A stretch of 64,000 nucleotides of DNA from Albugo candida (lineage: Eukaryota). This document shows, piece by piece, positions 26,683-40,500 of this stretch (its first letter is position 1; each line of letters opens with the position of its first letter). The stretch lies in contig JBDOQK010000027.1 of the NCBI GenBank assembly GCA_040437565.1, forward strand, positions 1 through 64,000, read 5' to 3'. The position numbers were made by a program, and so were the translations under genes. The notes under the pieces were generated by a model. That model did no database searches, was not told the origin of the DNA, and saw nothing but the letters and a program-made list of their open reading frames with translations.

Positions 26683-29600
26683 ATCGCATACAACAGCTTC
26701 TCTTTCATGATTCTCTTGCTCGAATACGTTGGAAGTTTGAGGAGATTCATGCATGTGGCGCTGGAAGGAAGTCGAGAATCGTCATCACATCGAACTTGTT
26801 GGATACATAATGGCGGATCCAAACATCGAAAGCCTAAAAGCGGTGGACGAGAGACGCTAGTGATGAATTGAAGCATACGACTTTGTTCATTGGGTGTCAT
26901 TTCCGCAAGTATTTCCCAAAACCAAACGATAAGCGTTTGTGTCGGATGATATCCGCTCGCGTACAAAGTATTGACTTTCCAATCGCTGAGATCAATGGCT
27001 TTGGTCATATTTCCACCGATAAGCATTTGCAATTCGTTTGGACTGAACATTTGTATCCATTTCGCTGGAATCAAATCGCGAAAGCCGCGAAGAAATGCAT
27101 TTGTTTCAGCCGCTGACGCCACATTCAATTTGTAATGTGCCAACAAATGCAAATATCGGATTTTATTGGCGTGTGTGACTGCGATTTCTGAGCCATTTGG
27201 TATCAATTCGACTGTTTCCACGCGTCCGAATGCGTTGTTCAAAAGTGTGAAATTGAGCTCCAAATCTTCCAGCGGCATCGTAGCGTCTTTCTTTAGCGTC
27301 ATGAGGCTCTTATACAGCACAGGATCCAGCGATTGCAGATCGTCAATGTAATTGTATCTCGCCAGCAATTTATTGAGAAAAAAAGCAGCGAATTGAGGCT
27401 CTACCAAAATGTTCTCATACACAGCTTTTCCGAGGACACGACCCATAAATCGAAACTGATGAAGCAATTCCGAGCGTGTTGTGAGGACATTCGCGGCTGG
27501 ATTGGGATACACGTGCTGTTTGTCTTCGGTCATGAGAAAGTATCCAAGTTCCGGAGAGAATACTGCGCGTGTGAGTACGTCCATAAACTCTTTGAAGACA
27601 CCACCGCCATCGATTCCAGCTTCCTCAAGACCTTGTTCATTGACGAATGTGACTTTGATTCTTCCTTTGAAATGAACGGTATCGAGTGTGGCGATTTGTT
27701 GGAAGAAGGAATAGCTGTCTTCTACGATCGTATCGCGTCTCACACGGACACACAATGCGGAAGAGAGATCGTTGCGGAAGGTAGCGAGTGTTTGTTTCTC
27801 AAGTTCCAATAATCGTTGGAAAAGACTCACACGTTCGGAAAATGAGAATATCTGAGGCGTTGTTGTGAGAAGGAAACAGATGACACGACTTTGCGGAAGT
27901 GATTGTGTTGGAATGAGTTTCTGATACAAAATATCGAAAAGCGTGTCACTTGTTTCGATTTTGCCTTCCATTGAATCCAAATCGATGAGATCTTTGATCG
28001 GAGGCATTGACGGCCATCGCCACGCGTCGATGGGAATCCTTTGACGACGACAATCGCGATCGTATAATTGATTGAAAAGTGTGATGGAAGTGGTCATGGA
28101 TGCAAAAAAGATCAATGTATCGCTTGGGGACAAGTGAGGTCTTTCGTCATTGTTCCAGAAGAATTGATGGAGGGAATCGCGCAAGTAATCGACGAGATGG
28201 AGGAGATCGGATAGAGGTAATGGCCATTGATGATCGTAAAAGGTTTCATCGTCTAACGCCATAACCAAATGACTGAAAATGAAATTGTGAACGAGCAGAG
28301 GAGCGATCGATTGGAGAGGAGATTGCATGGAATCCAATAGCGTTTTGACGATAGAAGTGCGCTGACATTGGAAATGACCGGAAAGAGCGTTTAAGACGCC
28401 GTACATTGGCGGAAGAGGAGGATTGAGAATGACCAGAGTTGAGAAGGATTGTCGGCTGTGAAGGACGATACACACGATGCTGTAGACGTTGCAGACGCTG
28501 TGTATGTGAGAGTGCTCCGTGGGTACGAGCGATTCGAACGCGCGATGAACGAGTCTTTCGCTGCAGATTTGCTCACATTGGAGACGAACGAGTGAAAAAA
28601 GTTTGTTTTCTTGGAAATTGGAGTCGGTTTTCATGTCGGAATGAAAGTTTTGGAGAAAGGATTGTAATGTGCTGATGAAAGGCTCGTCATCTTCGCTTTC
28701 GTGGGCTTGCATTCCAAATGAATAGTCGCCTTTTAAAGCATTTTCAAACGTCCAAAAGACCACAGAAGGCGTGAGAATGTGTTGAAGGATTTGAAAGATC
28801 TCGAAAATGATTTCAGAACCGTCGAAATGGAGTGCGAGATCGAGAAGATTTCCCGTGTAAATGGCTCGTTTTTGGATTCCGATTGTATTTTGTACAGAAG
28901 TAATGCATTTGGAATGAATGGAACGGATACTTTGTGCCCATATATCTGCAATAGAGCTTTCAGAGCGATGGATGTTGGCAACAGAATGCATCTGAAAGAG
29001 AGTGTGAGATCAGTAGAAAGGTTTGTCACATGACGTACCACGAGTGGGTGTCTCATTGCGCCAGCAGTACGGATAGTGTTCCATACGAATTCGTTTATTG
29101 CCTTCTCATTACATTTGAGATTGAGAGCGCTGACAAAGAGCTCACCGATCCATTCCCCAAAGACTGTGTCGTGTAACGTGGAGAGATGAGCTAACACAAT
29201 GGCAAAAATGCTGTTGGGCGGTTCTGACAGTCGATGTAAAAGTTTAGAAATCACAATGTCGCCATAATGGGAATACGATTTGGAGGACAAAAGGTGGCGA
29301 AGGAATGCTTCTGCGTGCTTTGATGGGAGTTGGAGTGGTCGTTCAAGTGAGAGTGCGTGCTTGAAAAGGACTCGGATGAGGAACACCGTCTGATATAGCC
29401 ATACATTTCCTTCTGGAGCATGTGGAGATGTTACAGCGGCTGCACCGAAAAGGTAGCGGTCTGTGTGGATAGAGAAGGGTTGATTTGTAGGGATAGCGTC
29501 CGATTTGGTTGAAATGTCCGCCCAAAACAGCTGAATAAAGCTTTCTTCCAAATCCCATTGGGAGTTCTCGTCTTGAACTGGAAACGAGACTTGTTGACTG

Positions 29601-30683
29601 ATATTGTGTATAACAATTAAATATCGGAGGAAATGATGTGGTTGGAGCCGATCTAATACCGGTACTTGTGATTGGATCGGTATTGAATACGCGGAAAACT
29701 CGGCTTCCAACTGACGTAAGAGCTTTGCACGCAGCNNNNNNNNNNNNNNNNNNNNNNNNNNNNNNNNNNNNNNNNNNNNNNNNNNNNNNNNNNNNNNNNN
29801 NNNNNNNNNNNNNNNNNNNNNNNNNNNNNNNNNNNTCTCTATCCACACAGACCGCTACCTTTTCGGTGCAGCCGCTGTAACATCTCCACATGCTCCAGAA
29901 GGAAATGTGGAGATGTTACAGCGGCTGCACCGAAAAGGTAGCGGTCTGTGTGGATAGAGAAGGGTTGATTTGTAGGGATAGCGTCCGATTTGGTTGAAAT
30001 GTCCGCCCAAAACAGCTGAATAAAGCTTTCTTCCAAATCCCATTGGGAGTTCTCGTCTTGAACTGGAAACGAGACTTGTTGACTGATATTGTGTATAACA
30101 ATTAAATATCGGAGGAAATGATGTGGTTGGAGCCGATCTAATACCGGTACTTGTGATTGGATCGGTATTGAATACGCGGAAAACTCGGCTTCCAACTGAC
30201 GTAAGAGCTTTGCACGCAGCGTTTTGGCAGTGTAAACGCGTCGCCAGGATGTTTGCAATAAAAGCGCTGCATGCTCTTGTTTCTTCATAGTCTGACGTTG
30301 TGTGCGAGACTGTTTTGCATGCTCCAAGAGCGCTTGTTTACTTGTCGCTGTGCTGGGTGTATTCACGTTAGTATCGGCTTTTACGGGTGCTGAAATAGAA
30401 GATAGAGAATTCCTTCCTTGTGGCTCGATTCTACGACGTCGTCCGCTCAAATTGACGGTGCGTGAGGATTTAAATGAGCCGTCAAACATCGGATCCGATT
30501 CGCTTGTATCTCGACGAATTGCGGCTACAGAAGTCAATACCGGTATTATAGACTTTATTCTATCACAGAAAACTCGCGATGGTATTGGTTAAAAAACTAC
30601 TTTCGGTGTTGCGGGAAGACAATATAAAGACAAAATGCAACTTCAATCTGTTTTTATTCGCTTCTTACGCTGTCTTCCTCTCC

Positions 30684-31850
30684 TTAATCCGCGCTGTTTT
30701 TAGCAAAGAGCGCGCGGGATTGCTCACGACGTTTAGGGTCATTCACAGTTGATTTCTTGTTGCGTTTCGCCGCCAAAATCTCTGCTTTCTTTTCTTTACG
30801 CAAAGCTTGTGCGCGCAATTCGGTCCGACGGGCCACTAATGTGTATGGATTCAACTTGACCATCACTCCCAGATTCTTGAGAGGATTCTTCTTTTGGCAA
30901 CGACGATGCTTATGGTAAATTCCAGGGCGAACGATCGACTGAATCTCATCAGAATTGATGATACGACCCAGATTCGCATTATTCATCAAATGACGCGGCA
31001 ATGTGTAGTCGACTTTCATGTTGGATTTCTTCGAATATGTTCCATAAAGAGTATCCAGTTTCTCGAAAGCTGTCTTGGTCCAAATGACAAATCGACCGAG
31101 ATGTCCACCGGGAGCGAGCTGGAGCAAATTTAGACGTTCGACGTGCGCAACTTCGACACCGGGAATGTTGCGGAATGCTTTCTCAAGGCCGTTTGGGGAT
31201 GCGTACACGACCAAAGGACCACGACGCATTACGTAACGCCGATTACGACTTTTTCCGCGACCAGTACGAATTTTCTTGGAGTCTTTGACCTTTTCAATAT
31301 CTTCATCCGCTCCAATTTTGGCCAAAAGTTTAACAGCTTGGGAAGTTTTTTGAAGTGATTCAACCATGTCATCAAGCACACAGGGAATCTCGGAAAGCTT
31401 TTCGATACGGTGGCCACGAGCGGTGACAAGGGACGGTAATGCAGAAGCGGCCAGAGCTGATGCGACTGCATATCGACGCTGATTGACGTTGATTTTTCGA
31501 TGCCATTTACGCCAAATGCGCGTAGGAGCAAACATTCGACCACTTCGACACATGTTACCAAAAGCACCTTGACCTGCGCGTTGAGTACCCCCACCTTGTA
31601 CACGAGGAATACGAGAAACAGCACGACCGGTACCCCACGATTCAGCGGAATGTTGGTGGCCAGCACCGCGTGATACAGCGTATGGCTGACGTTTATTCTT
31701 TGCCATATTGGTGTGGACAAAGTTTACGACATCTGGACGGATGGGGGCAGTAAAGACTGTTGGAAGGACAACTTGGCTTGACACTTTAACAGTGTCTGCG
31801 TCGATTGAGTACACCGACACAACGGGCCGACAAGCTGCGAGGGAACTCAT
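30684..31850 (-). CDS. RPL4: 60S ribosomal protein L4
   Basis: [11 protein letters not shown]...[20 protein letters not shown]...[15 protein letters not shown]...[10 protein letters not shown]; intronless. Confidence 0.98.
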   Translation of the reverse strand: MSSLAACRPVVSVYSIDADTVKVSSQVVLPTVFTAPIRPDVVNFVHTNMAKNKRQPYAVSRGAGHQHSAESWGTGRAVSRIPRVQGGGTQRAGQGAFGNMCRSGRMFAPTRIWRKWHRKINVNQRRYAVASALAASALPSLVTARGHRIEKLSEIPCVLDDMVESLQKTSQAVKLLAKIGADEDIEKVKDSKKIRTGRGKSRNRRYVMRRGPLVVYASPNGLEKAFRNIPGVEVAHVERLNLLQLAPGGHLGRFVIWTKTAFEKLDTLYGTYSKKSNMKVDYTLPRHLMNNANLGRIINSDEIQSIVRPGIYHKHRRCQKKNPLKNLGVMVKLNPYTLVARRTELRAQALRKEKKAEILAAKRNKKSTVNDPKRREQSRALFAKNSAD

Positions 31851-32033
31851 GGCACTTGATTTTTGAAGCGAATAAAAAATTTGATCGAAGCGGTGAACCA
31901 CTCAAATGTGTANNNNNNNNNNNNNNNNNNNNNNNNNNNNNNNNNNNNNNNNNNNNNNNNNNNNNNNNNNNNNNNNNNNNNNNNNNNNNNNNNNNNNNNN
32001 NNNNNNNNNNNNTATACTTATTCGATATGTATA

Positions 32034-34068
32034 CTAGGGATGACGAAGGTTATGTGTACATGGAGGTAAGCGACTTGCCCGCTCGACATCAAAATCACAT
32101 GGCATTGTTTTCGATGTGAGCTCAGAAAGCTCACGAAGAATCTCTAAAAAACTCTCCCAATGGGAATATTGGTATATCTCGAAGCGGAGAAGCATTGTCC
32201 TCGATTGTTGAGGCAACTTTGAAGACTATCCCGTCAGTCCCATAGTTGGATTCTCCCTGTCTTGACTACAACTTCGTGGAACTGATATAGTTTTCTCCAA
32301 TTGATCCAAGAGAACGACTTATCTCGTAATGAAGTGACGCCCACATTTTCGTTACCGTCATATGAAACTACCTGAAGCAGATGACCAGATATTCGGTCTT
32401 GATCGCTCTGGTCTAAAACGGTCCAGAACAAGAANNNNNNNNNNNNNNNNNNNNNNNNNNNNNNNNNNNNNNNNNNNNNNNNNNNNNNNNNNNNNNNNNN
32501 NNNNNNNNNNNNNNNNNNNNNNNNNNNNNNNNNNGACTATCCCGTCAGTCCCATAGTTGGATTCTCCCTGTCTTGACTACAACTTCGTGGAACTGATATA
32601 GTTTTCTCCAATTGATCCAAGAGAACGACTTATCTCGTAATGAAGTGACGCCCACATTTTCGTTACCGTCATATGAAACTACCTGAAGCAGATGACCAGA
32701 TATTCGGTCTTGATCGCTCTGGTCTAAAACGGTCCAGAACAAGAATCCCACCTTTAACTGTCTCCGATCTTCCAACTTTCGTGGAAGTGTCAGAATGATA
32801 TTTTCAACTCGACCCAGAAACCCATGACGGATACCGCGGTACCCAAATTTGATGATACGAGCGGTCATCACTCCACAAAACGCTTCCAATGGCATCGAAT
32901 TCAAAGGCTGAAGCGTCAATCCCTCTTCCGTCGTTTCTTCAGAACAAGCTCTTTCTTCCGTTTTAGTCTCAGTCAACTCATGACTCTCCAATGAATCAGG
33001 AGTGAGTTTTTGTGTGGTATTCTACAGTATCCAACACGCTTTATCACTGTTCAAATCACCGTTTGACATACCAAGACCATGAAATCATCACTGGTTCCGA
33101 TATTTTCCTCCTTAGCGAGTGAACCAACATTCATTTCCTTGGACGGAAGCCCGGTGTAACAAGTGAGACGCTTCCTCCAGTTCTATGGATAGCAGTATAA
33201 GGTTTTGAGCGCATCAATATGGAGGGGAAGCATTCGATTACGCGTTTAAGGACTTCAGTAAGATCATCCAAACTCGGGTGCTGCTCAAGAAACCGCTGGC
33301 AAACTGTCGCTGTAATGTGCTCGTAAAGCTCCGACATCGCGTCGTCCATGTTCGATTATTTTGGCCAATCAGATAAGTACTTGCATGATTTATTTTATCC
33401 AATCTTTCGACGACTGGCTACATCGAATACCGGTTTCAATGAATGGCTGTCACTACTCGAGCGCAAACTGCGTATACCAAGATCACCACAATCAATTTGA
33501 CTGTATTCTCAAATGATCAAAATTACTTAGATGACGAGACTGATTACGCTTTTGGACTCAAGTGACTGGCGTTCTGCGAGCCGCTTCTGCATCAAAAGTG
33601 TTATATCATGAAGAACTCTTCGAGGCATTTGTATGATGAGATCAATACCTTCAGAACATTACGATTCAATGATGCGAAACATATTTGCTACTCTTGATAA
33701 AGATGATGACAAACATATCACCAAGATCGCTGAGAATATAAACACACAGGCGATGAAGAGAAATGTATAGGGACATCTGATTTCGTGCTTGTTACGATGA
33801 AGAACGATATACAAGGAATCTCATTACCTGAGCCTATTATTCCAAAGTGTCAAATTCTCGCCGCCTTTTACCCGTAGGCAGTAGAAGCCGAATCTTTGGG
33901 AGAAGAATGCGCACGCACATTGTTTGGCGAGGAGTATTCCGCAGTAATGTGGAGAGGAATGTCTCGCTCTTGCGCGTGCCGTACATCAAGTTTAGTGAGG
34001 AAGCTCTTTAAATCGAATTTCTTTTTTGTTACTTGTACGTTTTGCGGCTGGCTAAAAATGCTATTCAC
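32034..34068 (-). pseudogene. Disrupted gene containing an RPA1-like OB-fold segment
   Basis: Protein-like fragments separated by stops and frameshifts. VMTARIIKFG...FLFWTVLDQSD...LLQVVSYD...KSFSWINWRKLYQFHEVVVK resembles the OB-fold pattern of RPA70 DBD-A. Confidence 0.45.
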
Positions 34069-34322
34069 GTGATACTACAACTATGCACTCGTTAAGCTAC
34101 TGGTCAGCATTTAGAAACCGAATGTTCACTTATGTTGAATTTGTCTGCTCATGTAAAGCCTGACGTAGCTGTGACAGCATCCTGTCTTTTCGTAATACGC
34201 GTGAGAGCTGGTCGCCGTAGCAAAAGAAGAGTGTTTGCTGATTGCGGCACACTTGCACTTGCAGGATCATTACGAACCTATCGATGATAGCGCCTCACGT
34301 TCGCTCGAACTTATCACAAAGA

Positions 34323-35286
34323 ATGCGTTTGAAATGGTTCCTGAAGGATCCTGCTGGGATTTTTACAGCTTCTATTGCACTTCTATCGCTAGTCACAATA
34401 TTGCTATGTACACAATACACGATCATTCGATGGCTAGGCATGTTCTCGTTACTTGGGATGGTTTTAAACGCTTGTATTTTGGGCTTGTTTGGTCTTTGTA
34501 TATGGGCACACGTGATGACAATGACCACGGACCCGGGAACGATTCCTCTTGATTATGAAATAAAACCACTTGACCTTTCAATACGATCTCTTTTTGAAGA
34601 AGACTGCGTCATCATCGAAGAAGAAGAAATGACCACAGACGATCTAGAAGCTCTAGTAGACGATGGATCCGTGCTGATCGCATGCGATGTTTGCAATAAT
34701 TATCGTCCTGTGCGGTAAATGACTCCTATGGATACGATGGAGTGATGTTGAGGGAATTATAATGCGTAGTGCCATTCACTGTGACACATGCAATCGATGT
34801 GTCATATTACAAGATCATCACTGGTACGTTGCGCTACTAAACTAACATAACATCTAACCGACGATTTTTATCAGTCCGTGGATTAATAATTGCATCGGTA
34901 TTGGAAATCAAAAGTTCTTTCTCCAATTACTTTTATATGTGACGTTAACGAGTATATATGCAATTTTGATCGTGCTGTGTGAGTACACCTTATGTATGAG
35001 CACACAATGCGGCTTTCAGTCATATATGATTCCTGGCCGTATGGGAGCATGGATCATTGGAGTAGCATGCGTATTTGGATCGTTTTGTGCATTCCTTTTG
35101 GGAATGGAGATGTGTAGTATTGCTGAAGACTCTCAGTTAGAAGCGATATCATTACAATTGGAAAGCATGCGACCGAGTGAGTCACGTTCTACTTTGGAAA
35201 GAAATTTGAGTGTGTTTTTTGGAACGAACGCATTCCATTTTTCTTGGCTCATACCATCGCCACAGAATTATTCTAAAAAAGAATTT
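34323..35286 (+). CDS. DHHC palmitoyltransferase (3' end in gap)
   Basis: TM helices, TTDPG, C..C...RP.R|AIHCDTCNRCVILQDHHC|PWINNCIG.GNQKFF with the DHHC codon split by an intron. Confidence 0.92.
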
Positions 35287-35462
35287 NNNNNNNNNNNNNN
35301 NNNNNNNNNNNNNNNNNNNNNNNNNNNNNNNNNNNNNNNNNNNNNNNNNNNNNNNNNNNNNNNNNNNNNNNNNNNNNNNNNNNNNNATATCGGCAACTAC
35401 AATTTGATTGGTGGTAAGTCCTCTCTTCTTCAACGATTGGCTTGCGTTGCTACTAATTCTTA

Positions 35463-36577
35463 ATGGCTCTCAAAGCTGCCGAAGTAGCTCCAGCGGCGTA
35501 CGCGAGTGAGAATAATAGCGATGTAAAGAAGGAAGATGATCTCGAGTATGATTTGGGAAACTTGGCTGCATTCGATACGCATCCCTACAAGTACACAAAT
35601 GAGAAAGAATTGGCGCTATTTACGCGTGAAAATGTTCAGCTTTTGGTCAATCGCCTATTCAATCTACCACGCACTGAAACAGACTCTGGACCGCTTGCGA
35701 AGCTCCCACCACCCACAACAATAATTCCACGTGAAAAACCACTCCCAAAACCCAATGTAGAAACCAAATGGGAGAAATTCGCGAAAGAGAAAGGAATTCA
35801 AAAACGAAAGAAGAGTCGAATGGTATTTGATGAGGCGGCGCAAGACTGGAAGCCAAATTGGGGATACAAAGTACCTTTCCAACTCTTTTCTCATTGGCTC
35901 GAGTATGTTATGTAACACTTGCTGTAGAGAGCCAATGATAATCTTCAAGACTGGGCCGTTGAGGCCAAAACAGGTGAAAATGCTCACGAGGATCCATGGG
36001 AAAAAAGGAAACAGGCGAAAAAAACTCGAGTGGAGAAGAACATCAAGCAACACGCCGCTAACCGAGTACGCGTTCCGTTGCTAGAAATCTGAGTTCATCC
36101 TCATGTTTTGTATCTGATAGAATCTTGGTCGTACGGGTGCCGATAAAATACCATCAGGAATCGCGGTGGAACTGGCTAAAACCAGTGACGTTAAGGCCAA
36201 GCAGCGAGGCAAAGAAGGGACAATAAAGAGTTTGCAAAAAGCTCAATTTTCGACGGCGTCCATGGGTAAGTTCGATTCGATGCGCGATGGTGAAGGGGAA
36301 CGTAAACAGAAAGGGAAGAGAAACCGGTTTTTACCCTCTACTGGCGCCGAAGGAATCGAAAAGGAGCGTGCGCTAAAAGCAATTCACCACGTCTTAAGCA
36401 AAGACGGTAAAAGTCAAAAAGTAAAAGACGCAAATAGCGATGAAGAACAGGAGCCACGAAAGAAGAAAAAGGTAATACATATCATCGGTAAAGTGCATTC
36501 TTTATACTCATTGCGATTTGTAGCGCGGCAATAAGACTCAAAATAGTTTGAAAAAGCGCTCTAAAACGCGTAGATAG
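35463..36577 (+). CDS. RRS1: Ribosome biogenesis regulatory protein RRS1, 4 exons
   Basis: YDLGNLAAFD...TRENVQLLVNRLFNLP...LPPPTTIIPREKPLPKP...TKWEKFAKEKGIQKRKK...WKPNWGYK, STASMGKFD. Confidence 0.95.
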
Positions 36578-36812
36578 TGTATACTGTATACCACATTTAT
36601 CTTTTTTTTGTTTATACGGTTACCCAGAAAACCAACCCTTTACATCCAGACAAAGAAAGGTATGTTATGCGACGTTTGAGAAACATGGCTACTCCGGAGT
36701 TTTAACAGTATACGCTTGCTTCTCATACAAAAGCGCAAAAATTATAAGCAATTAATTTTAAAAACCAATCAGATCCGCTATAGGCTAGTAAGTATACAAT
36801 CGGTGTTATCTA

Positions 36813-37594
36813 TCATTGGGACGGATACAGCAATTCGTAGTGCGTCTGGCAGTAATTTTGTGTTCTTTGATAAGCCGGACGCTTGCAAGTCTCAAAGAGA
36901 CACCGTTTGCCTCCTCCGTGGGCCCAACAAAAACCATTTGAGACCGCAACTTTACTGCATTCAGCTGTCTTGCATTTAGTTCCACCTCCATGAGACCAAC
37001 ATAATCCTCGCGATTTACCACGTTTTGTGCATCCAACGATAATGCAAGCAGAAGAACCCCCTACAATCCTCTCAGATTAGACGAGAATGTCGATATGAGA
37101 GATAAAAGTTTGCCTACCATGTCGCCAACACCGCCCACGGATTTTTGCGCTGGATGTACAGCCCACGACCTCACAAGGTGTCCCTCCCTATACAATAAAT
37201 GTAAGTAAAACATATTTCAACATAGGTTCGGAGTACGTACCCCGTGTCTGAAGCAGTGACCTCGACTTATCTTGTATCGATTGCATCCAACCACACTGCA
37301 TCGACGGGCGTGTCGCTTTCGGCCATATCTGGACTCCGTGTTGCTTTCCGTAGTAGAAAGAAAAGATGAAGGCGGAAGGATTGGCTTGAAGTTTTCAGTT
37401 TTGAGGATTCGTGGCGAATAAGTAGACTTCTCTTCGACATCCGTGTGATTAAGAATGAACGACAGCGAGCATTTATTATACGCTGATGGGAAACGCCTCG
37501 CGAATGTGTCCAACAAAGCACGGTTACGCAGTGTATACCACTCGAAAAATGTCCGATCCTCGGTACGAAATTGATCTTGAATAACAACGCTCAT
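36813..37594 (-). CDS. Oomycete WRKY19-like zinc-finger repeat protein (CxxxGC...GxCxxHGG), 3 exons
   Basis: Repeats CSVVGCNRYKISRGHCFRHG, CEVVGCTSSAKIRGRCWRHG, CIIVGCTKRGKSRGLCWSHGGG, CKTAECSKVAVSNGFCWAHGGGKRC. Confidence 0.85.
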
Positions 37595-40500
37595 GCTTAT
37601 ACTTGAAATACAGAGAGGATCTTTGCTGCTTCCCTACTAATCGAAAGATAAAGTGACTCAATCGAAATGAATCGAGAGAACCTCTATGAAACATGTCCAT
37701 CGCAAGCGTACAACATTCATCCTCTGTTAACTATCTGCGAAAATTAACCTACTGAGCTGGACAAGCATCCTGTCGAACTCACTAAAATCGATACTTTTGT
37801 TGGTTCATGACGAGTTGCCAGCTGTCGCAGCATGCACATCCACTATCAGCAAGCAGGTAGTGCGTCGCTGTAACGTTTTTGAGGATTTTCGAATACCCGC
37901 CCTAGCCACCTCACAAGTGCTTACTTTACCACGCTCACTTGAGGTCTAAACATTAATGTCGCATATATTTCTATACGAGCAATCAATCGACTGTGACCCA
38001 TCGCGCAGCAATTTTCGTTGAGGTGATGCCAGCTGGAGACTATTTCGGATATAGCTGATGAGGGTCAAAGTCGAGTGGGAAGTCGTGTGAGAATATGCGT
38101 CCTATCATTGAGTGAGTCTTCAAAAAGTACAAGCTGGCCTTTACGCCTATTCGTTTATCATTTTGTTTCGTAAACAGTTGCTCGTGTAATTGTGATGTCT
38201 GGTTGATTACTTTTTTTAAAAAAAAAAACTTGTCGTCGATCGAGTCTATGGGTTACGCAACCAAAAAGGCACGTAATCTTGCAAGTATCTGGGTTACATA
38301 ACATACCATAGTTATTATTGAAAGAGTTTCGAAAGCCATCTAAATGTTTTCGTCACGATAGATTAGTCTGCTTACAGCCGCATTGTACCAAGAACAAGAT
38401 ATGCTGTGAGCCAACCGACGTTTTCATGGATTCCTTGCATTCTCATGAAATCCTGACATGAGAAATTATTCAATCACTTCACTTGTTAGCTCGTCTTCAC
38501 TTCTTAACAATTTTACGCAGGATTGAAGCGTTTATGTACTCGATAAAAAATTAAGGCGCTTTGCGAATAATGTAGGGAATCATTAAAGCTGCATCATTTT
38601 CTGTAGGAATAGTTGGTAATAACGCGGTTGACTGCTCAATGATATTGATTGGTTCATATTCTTCGGCTCGGCAAACGTTATCAGAATCGACTCACTCTTA
38701 CTGAAGTTGACACTCATTGTATCAATTTTTTACAAACATTTACGTTTCGTGATACCTCTAATGCCCCCGTGAGATCCTTAACTTTGGTGTGAGGCCTTGT
38801 GTAACCTTCGCTAGTACCCTGCGAGACAATACGAGTCGACTGAGGGACAATAAACAATTCGGTCATCTCAGAGTATAAATTCTATCAAAAACGAAGAAAT
38901 AAAACCATGTACGCCTTCTTATTCATGCGTATATGAATATTGTAAATGGCAAAATTATATGGCAGAAAATGGCGTCGATATCAAATGGATGAAAGTTATA
39001 TATACAGGTCTTAACGCAAGCACCAAACTGCCACTGCCACTTTGCTATATTGAGATATGCACTACTTAGAAGGAGAGGTCGTAAAGCCATCGTAATGAGC
39101 GGCATCTCGCGTAAAACACGATTTTATAAGCCACAGTATGACAGAGTTGAACCACATCAAACTGGAGTAAGTCAGCATAGCGCACACCAAATCCAACGGA
39201 CAGATACGTTACTTATATACATACTGCTAGCCGATATTTCGATTGCTCTCAAACCAGCAAAATACAAGCCTTTCAGCAGTCTTGTCTCAAATTGTGTATG
39301 GAAAGGGGCGCCTGGCTCGGTACTTACCTTTTTCACCTAGGCTTTCAGCAACTTGAAACTATCAGCACATGTCATATTCTCACTGATACTGTGAAAACAA
39401 ACTATTTTACCAGCACTTTACACTTGCAAAGCTCTCGTCTACGCCCAGAAATTTCCTGACAAACATTTCACCACATTTCGGTATTCAACTGGTTATTCAA
39501 ATTTGCGTTGAGTACAGTTATTTGCTCTTTCCATGATTCTGTCGTGCTTCAATTGTTACTCCCTGCTGGTGTCGTATTGATTGTGCAGGAAATTTTTGAT
39601 TGGCTTTCTTTTCAGCAAGGTAAACAAGATCGCCTATAATACCGTCGACTCCTATTACTATTCTCGATGAACAAGTGATGTTGACAAGCGTAATTACCAA
39701 TCTGATACCAACACATGCATATTATCTCGTTATTGATGTCGACTTTCCAAAATAATACATATCGTTGTGTGTTGACTTGATCCAGAAGATACTGTACAGT
39801 CTTTTCAGCGATTGCAGAATTGCATCTCGTTTCGCCTCCAATTATCAAATTTTGATTAAAACAGCATCAAGAGGTCAATTTCGTGACGCTCAGCGATCTG
39901 CTTAACGAGGAAGCTTTCAACAAAATTTCGCCACTTACGATGTCTGCTGCAACGCGCTGATGGAATCGTCTCTTCCGACTTGTTGATGATACACGCTTGA
40001 GTCTTTTGGAGAATTGCTTGAGTTGTATATATCTGAATTTCACATTGCACTCTGCACTCTGGGGTGATGTAGAAAGATTTTAAGCATTGTGATCTCGTCT
40101 AAAATGAGTTGAACTGGTCGTTCGTCGTTCATCGTTCATCATGTTTTCCATATCCTAAATAGAGTCACTGAAAGATGTATTGTTGATTGCATCCGGAGAC
40201 ATTTATACACTAACGATGGGTCATGGCCAGAGTATGAATCACTATAATATAAAGCTCGAATAGATTCTTGTACTTGTACTTTTGTTGTCATGTGGCCTCG
40301 TATCGCTATCGCACATGCTGCTACACCGAACTTAACGTCGTCAGGTAAGTATCGTAGGTGAAAATTGATATTCATCACACACAAATCAGAGTACCATCAG
40401 TTCAATTTGCTCTTCGTCAGTTTCTGTCAGAAGCATGAATCGCTCTGTGTCATTATTTTGTTTGACATCTTGTCAGTGCTACACTGTATCAGTGTCTCGT

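Noticed and set aside
29836-29960. Perfect hairpin/inverted repeat of about 55 bp inside the HECT gene
   Set aside because: It sits at a contig start and folds back at a short ACAT..ATGT microhomology, and the duplicate copy at about 29400 lacks it; this is a chimeric fold-back read.
38330-38926. Possible additional decayed secreted pepsin-like gene on the minus strand
   Set aside because: Only a weak YLVLG-type fragment and a broken N-terminus; insufficient without a profile search.
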